From Ignavibacteriales bacterium (lineage in GTDB: Bacteria; Bacteroidota; Ignavibacteria; Ignavibacteriales; Melioribacteraceae): 24,160 nucleotides of DNA. The stretch is taken from contig JALWSN010000214.1 of the NCBI GenBank assembly GCA_027080245.1, positions 1 through 24,160 on the forward strand. Direction: 5' to 3'. The notes under the pieces are model-generated. The model had not been told where the DNA came from and did not search any database. It was given only the letters and a program-made list of their open reading frames with translations. The position numbers and the translations under genes are program-made. This document shows positions 8,275 to 14,540 of this stretch, one piece after another (positions within the stretch are counted from its first letter, which is position 1; every line of letters begins with the position of its first letter).

Positions 8275-10259
8275 ATCCGGCGTTAAAAGAATATAGCAAA
8301 TATATTGACGACATTTCTCAAAAATATCTTTACGGAAATGTTGAAGAAGTAATGCGCCGGAGCTTGCAAATTCTGAAACCTCCTGCACGAATCCCAATAG
8401 TGGAATGGGCGGAGCGGAATATTATTCTTGACGAAACTTCGCCTATTCCGGGACCGTTCCGAATTATCAATTCGCCACATCTTAAGGAAATTTTCGAGGC
8501 AATCGAAGATCCGGAAGTTCACAAAATTACCATTATGGGCTCGGCACAAATGGGAAAGACATTGCTTGAAATGATTGTGTGGGCATACTTTGTTGACCAA
8601 GATCCGTCGCCAATGTTAATAATGCACCCTAATGATAGGGAAGTAAGAAGTTTTGCGCTACACAAATTGGAGCCGCTGATTAACAACTCTGCAATATTGC
8701 GGGAAAAGGTTGCAAAGAAAAAGCGTGGAAGTTCGACGGACAGTTCCACACGCCTCAAAATGTACCCGGGCGGGTGGACGGAAATTATTTCCGGTACGGC
8801 AAAGGGAACTACACGCCAGCGTTCCGTGCGCAGAATAATTGCAGATGACATCGACGCAATTGAGATGTCTGTTTCTTCTGAAGGTGATCACGTGATGAAT
8901 CTTGAGAAGCGGACGGCGGCGTACAAATACAATTATCTGCACATACTCATTTCCACGCCGCGCGTGGAAGGAGAAAGCCGTATTGAGGCGCGCTACAAAG
9001 AAGGAAGTATGGGAAAATATTCCGTCAAATGTCCGCATTGCGGAACGGTGCAATATTTTCAAGAAGACCAGCTCGTTTGGGATAAGGATTTCGATTTAGT
9101 CGGCAATGTGATTAAGCACTATCCTGAAACAGCAAAGGTTGCCTGCCGTGGCTGTGGTGCTGTCTTTTCGGAAAAAGAAAGAATCGAATTACTTCGAAAT
9201 GGCTTCTACGTCCACGAGCATCCCGAGCGTAAAAGTCACCGCTCCTTTTGGCTCAATCAAATAATGAGCACGCTTTCAGACCTCAAAACAATCGTTGCCG
9301 AGAAAATCCGCGCCGAGCAAGCCTACGAAAATGGTGATGACGAGACTTACGAAAGCTATGTAAACACAACTCTCGGTTTGCCTTACAAGCGCACAAAAGG
9401 AAAGGAAACCGACGCCAAATATTTGATTGACCGCCGTGAGGATTATATTAACATTGACAATCCGAAAATACCGAACGGCGTTCTGCTGATTACCTCTGCA
9501 GTGGATGTGCAGGCGGGAAGCGGCACAAAACCGGCACGCCTCGAAGTTGAAACTTGGGGCTGGGGCTCCGGTGAGGAGGCGTGGATTCTCGACAAATTTG
9601 TTTTGCCGGGCAATCTCGAAAAGGAAGGCGTTTGGACTAAGCTCGATAATTATTGGCGAAACAAAACCTTTGAGAGAGAGGACGGCGTGAAATTGAAAAT
9701 TACACGCAAAGGAATTGACTCCGGTTATCTTACGCAAACGGTTTATGAATTTTGCGCTGGAAAATTTCCGACGCAAAATGTTCTTGCTCTCAAGGGAGCA
9801 GTAAAATACGGAGCTCCACTCGTGCCAAAAAAATTGACGGATGCTAACAACGGCAAAACCGCCTTAATGATGATTGGCACGCAAGCCGCAAAAACAATTT
9901 TATTTAACCGGCTGAATGAAATTAAAGAGCCGGGCAAAAAATATATTCACTTCACAAAAGCATTTTGCGATGTGGAATACTTTGATCAGCTCACTGCCGA
10001 GCACGCCGTAACAAAAACAATTGGAATGAATCAATACATTGTTTATGAGCCGAAAAAACGGGGCTTGGCAAACGAAGCATTGGACTTGCTTGTAATGAAT
10101 TACACACTGATGAAATCGCTCAATCCTAATTTCGAGAGCCTTGAGGCAAGCATTGAAAAACACAAAACCGGAACTAAGCAAGAAGAAGAACCGGATAAAC
10201 CGAAAAAAGCAAAAAGGAAAATCATTAAACCGAGGAAGAATTTTGTAACGGGATTCTAA
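8271..10259 (+). CDS. terL: Terminase large subunit, lambda gpA family
   Basis: GSAQMGKT Walker A, IADDIDA Walker B, ISTP, CPHC/CRGC zinc knuckles, SAVDVQ and IDSGY nuclease motifs, NEALDLLVM. Confidence 0.96.
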   Translation: MNPALKEYSKYIDDISQKYLYGNVEEVMRRSLQILKPPARIPIVEWAERNIILDETSPIPGPFRIINSPHLKEIFEAIEDPEVHKITIMGSAQMGKTLLEMIVWAYFVDQDPSPMLIMHPNDREVRSFALHKLEPLINNSAILREKVAKKKRGSSTDSSTRLKMYPGGWTEIISGTAKGTTRQRSVRRIIADDIDAIEMSVSSEGDHVMNLEKRTAAYKYNYLHILISTPRVEGESRIEARYKEGSMGKYSVKCPHCGTVQYFQEDQLVWDKDFDLVGNVIKHYPETAKVACRGCGAVFSEKERIELLRNGFYVHEHPERKSHRSFWLNQIMSTLSDLKTIVAEKIRAEQAYENGDDETYESYVNTTLGLPYKRTKGKETDAKYLIDRREDYINIDNPKIPNGVLLITSAVDVQAGSGTKPARLEVETWGWGSGEEAWILDKFVLPGNLEKEGVWTKLDNYWRNKTFEREDGVKLKITRKGIDSGYLTQTVYEFCAGKFPTQNVLALKGAVKYGAPLVPKKLTDANNGKTALMMIGTQAAKTILFNRLNEIKEPGKKYIHFTKAFCDVEYFDQLTAEHAVTKTIGMNQYIVYEPKKRGLANEALDLLVMNYTLMKSLNPNFESLEASIEKHKTGTKQEEEPDKPKKAKRKIIKPRKNFVTGF

Positions 10260-10480
10260 TGGAAGAATTAATAGTCCACGAAATAGCGAACATTGCACGT
10301 AATCTCGGCATACTTAATGAGCGGGCATACCGCAACCTTTGCATCCGTATGGATTTCGATAAGATGCGCCGGGAAGGCGTGCGTGTTGAAGAAGCGGAAA
10401 TAATTCTTTCGGAAAAATATTCAAGCGCAAAATCAAAAATTACACCGGAAACTATTCATAGTATTCTTTATCGGCGGTGA
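10259..10480 (+). CDS. Small HTH protein, Mor/late-activator-like C-terminal pattern
   Basis: RNLCIR..F...G...LSEKY...TPETIHSILY; TAATG coupling to terL. Confidence 0.5.
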   Translation: MEELIVHEIANIARNLGILNERAYRNLCIRMDFDKMRREGVRVEEAEIILSEKYSSAKSKITPETIHSILYRR

Positions 10481-10520
10481 AAAAAAATCAAAAAAAATTA
10501 AAATTTTTTTCATTTTTTAC

Positions 10521-10549
10521 TTGACAAACTATAACAAATATGTTATATT
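10521..10549 (+). promoter_or_regulatory. Near-consensus sigma70 promoter of accessory operon
   Basis: TTGACA (10521-26), 17-nt spacer, TGt TATATT (extended -10, 10544-49), A/T-tract UP-like region 10481-10520. Confidence 0.85.
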
Positions 10550-10550
10550 T
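10527..10550. promoter_or_regulatory. Inverted-repeat operator overlapping spacer and -10
   Basis: AACTATAACA-aata-TGTTATATTT; perfect 7-bp arms TATAACA/TGTTATA, 9 of 10 when extended. Confidence 0.65.
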
Positions 10551-10594
10551 GAAGTGTAAAAATTAAGTTCTTAAACAAAATGTAAAACAAAAAA

Positions 10595-10611
10595 CTCTGG
10601 CGACAACAGAG
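10595..10611 (+). promoter_or_regulatory. 5' UTR hairpin
   Basis: CTCTG-gcgacaa-CAGAG, the only G+C-rich patch in the A-rich leader. Confidence 0.45.
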
Positions 10612-10638
10612 GATAAAAAATTCGGTAGGAGGTTTAAA

Positions 10639-11244
10639 ATGAAATTTCAAGACAAAAACTGGGACGAAACTTACGAAGTAAAAAATCCTGAAATATTAGA
10701 AGATGCTCTCGAATATTTTTTGGATTTCGAATTTGAGACGGAGTGGTTCGAAGACAAATATGAATACGACCATACTGCAACAGAAGTAGTAAATTGGTCT
10801 TTAGGGGATATTGAGACCATTTACGAGGTCGTAGATGAAAATGGTCGAGAAGGGCTATTAGATATAGCTTCAAATATTTTTATTCCTGATGCAACGTACG
10901 AAGACGGAGTAGTAGTTTTCTTTTTTTGGGATGGTGTTTCTGTCCGTTGGAGTGTTGCAGAGACGGTAGAAAAAGCAAAAGCAAATGCCCTAATCGATAT
11001 GATTGAAGACAAAGGGTATGAATGCAGATATGAAGAAGGTTCTGATTATATTTTTGTTTCCGGTAGTGTTGCCGAAATGATAGATGAACCTGCTTATTGG
11101 AATCTCGATACAGATGAATTTGCTCCCGAAGAATCAGATGATCCTCGAGATTGGGATAATAATGGAGAATTTTTTCTCTCTGTTTTTGAGATAAATGGAA
11201 AAGGAGAGATTATTATTTCGATTTCAGATTTTTGGGAAAAATAA
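10639..11244 (+). CDS. Highly acidic hypothetical protein; candidate DNA-mimic/anti-defence protein
   Basis: Hand count 54 D+E versus 13 K+R in 201 aa; rich in W/Y/F; AGGAGG RBS; first gene behind strong promoter. Confidence 0.8.
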   Translation: MKFQDKNWDETYEVKNPEILEDALEYFLDFEFETEWFEDKYEYDHTATEVVNWSLGDIETIYEVVDENGREGLLDIASNIFIPDATYEDGVVVFFFWDGVSVRWSVAETVEKAKANALIDMIEDKGYECRYEEGSDYIFVSGSVAEMIDEPAYWNLDTDEFAPEESDDPRDWDNNGEFFLSVFEINGKGEIIISISDFWEK

Positions 11245-11247
11245 TTT

Positions 11248-11318
11248 TTTCTCTCCTGGGCGACATAATCCGGAATTAACCGGGTCCATTACAACAAGGC
11301 GTGCGTCCGGGGGAGAAG
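11248..11318 (+). ncRNA. Putative structured RNA element (long closing stem with inner hairpin)
   Basis: TTCTCTCCTGGGCG (11249-62) pairs with CGTCCGGGGGAGAA (11304-17), 14 bp with three G-U pairs; inner ATCCGG-aattaa-CCGGGT hairpin. Confidence 0.5.
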
Positions 11319-11334
11319 CTTTAATAATTGAGAA

Positions 11335-11354
11335 CCTGTCTGACGGCAGGCAGG
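11335..11354. repeat. REP-like 20-nt palindrome
   Basis: CCTGTCTG-acgg-CAGGCAGG, 8-bp stem with one G-T pair. Confidence 0.6.
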
Positions 11355-11380
11355 TGAAAAATGAAAAATTAAAAATGAAT
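11353..11380 (+). repeat. Heptamer tandem repeat (x4)
   Basis: ggtgaaa aatgaaa aattaaa aatgaat. Confidence 0.65.
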
Positions 11381-11696
11381 GGAACATCTGAATCGAAATA
11401 GAGAGAAATTAGCAAAGCTGCTCAAGGAGCGCAGGGAGGAGCTTGGCTTAACGCAGCAGCAGCTTGCTGAAAAAACCGGTTTCAAACAACCGACAATTGC
11501 GCGGATTGAAGCCGGAAAATTTTTCATAAATACAAAGCAATTATTTGTTTTGTGTGAGGCTTTGAAACTCAGAATTATTTTAAGCGAGTCTGAAAAATTT
11601 GAAATTAAGAAAGAGGAGAAAGATGATGATACTATTTATAAGAAGAAGGCTATCTTTATGGGAATATTATTTATATTATTTCTTTATTTGTCATAG
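11379..11696 (+). CDS. XRE-family HTH regulator (Aca-like position)
   Basis: LKERREELGLTQQQLAEKTGFKQPTIARIEAGK is a canonical HTH_3; hydrophobic C-terminal tail overlaps next ORF. Confidence 0.88.
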   Translation: MEHLNRNREKLAKLLKERREELGLTQQQLAEKTGFKQPTIARIEAGKFFINTKQLFVLCEALKLRIILSESEKFEIKKEEKDDDTIYKKKAIFMGILFILFLYLS

Positions 11697-11904
11697 ATAT
11701 AAAGGGAAATTATTAGCGATATCTTTTGATGAAATAAAAGAAGAAGTTGATAAATGTTTAAAAGAATATAATATTAGAAAGTTTTTTAGAAGAGATAAGG
11801 GTAAAATAGAAATATATTCGGGGGCTAAAAAGATTAAACAAAAAAAGGAAATTAAACTGATTGCTTATGATGATTTGGAGAAAAATAAAAAAAAGGAGAA
11901 TTAA
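11623..11904 (+). CDS. Basic hypothetical protein
   Basis: ATG 11623 with GAGGAG RBS at 11613-18; AT-rich; overlaps XRE gene by 74 nt. Confidence 0.6.
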   Translation: MMILFIRRRLSLWEYYLYYFFICHRYKGKLLAISFDEIKEEVDKCLKEYNIRKFFRRDKGKIEIYSGAKKIKQKKEIKLIAYDDLEKNKKKEN

Positions 11905-11905
11905 A

Positions 11906-12244
11906 ATGGATATCGAAAAATTAAATGATTTACCCGAGCAAATAGTAAAAACATTAAAAGGAAGATTTCCTAAAATATCGGGAAAGACAAAAATACTTTC
12001 GGGATTGAAAGAGGAGATAACAATTCCTGTTTCTGCAGAAAGCAGGGATATTGTTGGACGTAAAAAAATCGAAGAAATGACTATTAAAGAATTAATGCAA
12101 ATTGTAAATGAACCGCAGTTTGATATTAAAGAGAAAAAATATAACCCAATAATAGAATTGGGCGACGATCCAATTTTAGGGTTTAACTACTGTGAGGAAA
12201 GAGATGCTTTATTAATTTGGGAAAGAAATTTATTTGAAAATTAA
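11906..12244 (+). CDS. Hypothetical protein
   Basis: ATG 11906 with AAGGAG RBS, one base after upstream stop. Confidence 0.7.
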   Translation: MDIEKLNDLPEQIVKTLKGRFPKISGKTKILSGLKEEITIPVSAESRDIVGRKKIEEMTIKELMQIVNEPQFDIKEKKYNPIIELGDDPILGFNYCEERDALLIWERNLFEN

Positions 12245-12281
12245 ATAGTTATTAAAACCTTTAAAATCCCTCAAATTTTAA

Positions 12282-12305
12282 AAGGGTGTGAAATTTCACA
12301 CCCTT
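12282..12305. other. Perfect 24-bp palindrome (terminator-like hairpin or dimer binding site)
   Basis: AAGGGTGTGAAA|TTTCACACCCTT is its own reverse complement. Confidence 0.8.
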
Positions 12306-12435
12306 GACCTTCCAAATCTTTCGATTTTCGTCGAAAAACCCACAAAAAAAATTACAAAAAAGATGAATTTTACACTAACGCTCGAAAAAAAAATGTATTA
12401 TATATACGGCGAATTTTTTGGAGATGTTTTTGTAA

Positions 12436-12969
12436 ATGACATTAGAATTCGCCAATCAGACATTATACGCCGGTGCAACTTGGAGTTGGACGGAAGAAAT
12501 TGATGACTATCCTGCCTCAGAGGGTTGGACGCTTACCATTCTTCTCAAACACAATACCGATAATGCGGTAACCTTAACTGCAACGGCTTCCGGTGATGAT
12601 TACGAATTCAATATTAGTGCTGACGACACAAAGCAATTCACAAAAAGAAACTACATTTACCAAGGCATAATCACAAAGACCGGCGAAGTCAATATAATTG
12701 ATGAAGGCGAAGTTGAAATTTTTCCGAAGTTAGATGTTGCCTCTGACCTAAGGACCGATAATGAAATTATTCTCGATGCAATTGTTGCCGCGTTGAAAAG
12801 TAGAGCAACGAAAGAACAGCAATCTATTTCCATTGCCGGTCGGCAAATACAATACCTCTCATTGCAAGAATTAACCGATGCAAAAAAATATTACGAGAGC
12901 TTGGTGGCAAAAGAGAAACGTGTGGCTGCGGGAAAAACCGGCACGCCGAGAGTTCTGGAGGAATATTAA
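12436..12969 (+). CDS. Head-tail joining protein (gpW-like C-terminus) with N-terminal extension
   Basis: C-terminal ILDAIVAAL...QSISIAGRQIQYLSLQEL pattern; position directly before portal. Confidence 0.72.
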   Translation: MTLEFANQTLYAGATWSWTEEIDDYPASEGWTLTILLKHNTDNAVTLTATASGDDYEFNISADDTKQFTKRNYIYQGIITKTGEVNIIDEGEVEIFPKLDVASDLRTDNEIILDAIVAALKSRATKEQQSISIAGRQIQYLSLQELTDAKKYYESLVAKEKRVAAGKTGTPRVLEEY

Positions 12970-14537
12970 TGGGCGTAATGCAAAAAATATCGAACCTTTT
13001 CAAGGGTAAAAAAACGGAAGGCAAACGTGCCTTTCAAGCCGCTACTCAAGACAGGCTAACTTCCTCTTGGACTACCTCTCTCACAAATATCAATTATGAT
13101 ATTCGTGTTGGGAATAAGATTTTACGTTCACGCGCGCGGGACTTAGCCGAGAATGACCCTCACGCGAAAAAGTTTTTGCGAATGCTTGATAAAAATGTAA
13201 TTGGGCCCGACGGATTTGCTTATCGCAATACCGCTTATGATATGAAGAAAAACGCCGACGGTGAATGGGAAAAAGTTTACGATGCGCTGGCAAACAATAT
13301 TCTCAAAGATATGTGGGATGAATGGACAAAGCCGGAAAACTGCACAATTACCGGCGATGTTTCTTTCCGTGAGGCTTCGGCGCTGGAGCTTAAAACCATT
13401 GCGGTGGACGGTGAAGTTTTCTTGAAATTAATTTCAAATAAAAATGCAAATAAATTCGGATTCACTTACCAAATTCTTGACGCGGCTCTTTGTGATGAGG
13501 GCTACAATAGCGTCAATCCTAAGACCGGAAATCAAATTATTATGGGGATTGAATATAATTCCTATATGAAACCGGTTGCTTATTATTTCCGCAAAACGGA
13601 TTCGAAAGAAATTGTTTACAACGGAACTTATTATTCTCAGGATTATGTTCGCATTCCTGCCGAGCAAATAATTCATCTCTACCGGAAAGAATTTGTTGGG
13701 CAGTTGCGCGGGATTTCGTGGTTCTTGCCTGTTGCTTACAGAATGAATATTTTAAAGGGCTATCAAGAAGCGGTTCTTCTCAATGCACGTTCAGCCGCAA
13801 TGAAAACGGGGGTTCTGGTTCCGAAAGATTCAGCAAGCGCATTGACAGAAGCTAATATTGCCGGTGGCGATGAAGACGAAGACGGCAATATTGTTCAGCC
13901 GATAGAGCCGGGTGAGACTTACATTGTGCCAGAGGGCTATGACTGGAATACTTATGATCCCACATATCCTTCCGGTTCGGAGGGACCCTTTACGACTGCT
14001 GTTCTGCAGGCAATTGCGTCCGGTTTCGATGTGGATTATCCAACTTTGGCAAGTGATTTTTCGAGAGTTAATTATACATCCTCGCGCGCTGCCTTGTTGG
14101 ATGCACGGGCGGGTTACAAAATCTTACAGAAATATTTGATTGACCACAAACTTAAAAGAATACACACTGAATTGCTCAATATGGCAATCCTCACGGGAGC
14201 CGTCAATTTGCCGGTTGCTAAAATAGAGAAATTCGACAAACCCGAATTTGTGGGCTACAAAGGCGATTGGGTGGATCAATGGAAAGAGAACAAAGCCGAT
14301 GCTTACGCCGTTCAGAACGGATTGGAAAGCTACGCTAATGTAATTGCAAAGCGCGGTTACAATCTCGAACAAATGGTTAAGCAAATCAAATACGAAAAAG
14401 AATTGTTTGAGAAAAATAATCTTGAATATCCGGGCACGAAAGATTCACCGCAAGAAGAGGAAAATTCAGGAGGCAATCCGACAGACGACTCCATTGAGCA
14501 GGAAGAAAAAAATTATTTAAAACTCTTTGGGAGATAG
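12969..14537 (+). CDS. Portal protein, lambda family
   Basis: LRSRARDLAENDPHA, DGEVF, HLYRKEFVGQLRGISW, DFSRVNYTSSRAALL, WVDQWKE motifs. Confidence 0.96.
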   Translation: MGVMQKISNLFKGKKTEGKRAFQAATQDRLTSSWTTSLTNINYDIRVGNKILRSRARDLAENDPHAKKFLRMLDKNVIGPDGFAYRNTAYDMKKNADGEWEKVYDALANNILKDMWDEWTKPENCTITGDVSFREASALELKTIAVDGEVFLKLISNKNANKFGFTYQILDAALCDEGYNSVNPKTGNQIIMGIEYNSYMKPVAYYFRKTDSKEIVYNGTYYSQDYVRIPAEQIIHLYRKEFVGQLRGISWFLPVAYRMNILKGYQEAVLLNARSAAMKTGVLVPKDSASALTEANIAGGDEDEDGNIVQPIEPGETYIVPEGYDWNTYDPTYPSGSEGPFTTAVLQAIASGFDVDYPTLASDFSRVNYTSSRAALLDARAGYKILQKYLIDHKLKRIHTELLNMAILTGAVNLPVAKIEKFDKPEFVGYKGDWVDQWKENKADAYAVQNGLESYANVIAKRGYNLEQMVKQIKYEKELFEKNNLEYPGTKDSPQEEENSGGNPTDDSIEQEEKNYLKLFGR

Positions 14538-14540
14538 AAA

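Noticed and set aside
11340-11359. Hammerhead ribozyme (CTGACGG...GAAA)
   Set aside because: Core needs CUGANGA and properly placed stems I-III; the sequence has CTGACGG and is better explained by the palindrome plus heptamers
11248-11380. CRISPR array
   Set aside because: Only one repeat-like core is present; there is no repeat-spacer periodicity here or anywhere else I could see in the window
11195-11401. 68-aa + strand ORF in the track
   Set aside because: No RBS; overlaps both flanking genes and merely translates the hairpins and repeats
12287-12300. CRP/FNR box within the palindrome
   Set aside because: TGTGA and TCACA are separated by 4 nt, not the canonical 6
10481-12370. Direct repeats bounding the accessory cassette (aaaaaaaatcaaaaaaaattaaaatttt versus aaaaaaaattacaaaaaagatgaatttt)
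   Set aside because: Similarity is mostly A-runs; too low in complexity to call a target-site duplication
12288-12503. 71-aa + strand ORF in the track
   Set aside because: GTG lies inside the palindrome, the ORF runs through A-tracts and overlaps the gpW-like gene out of frame
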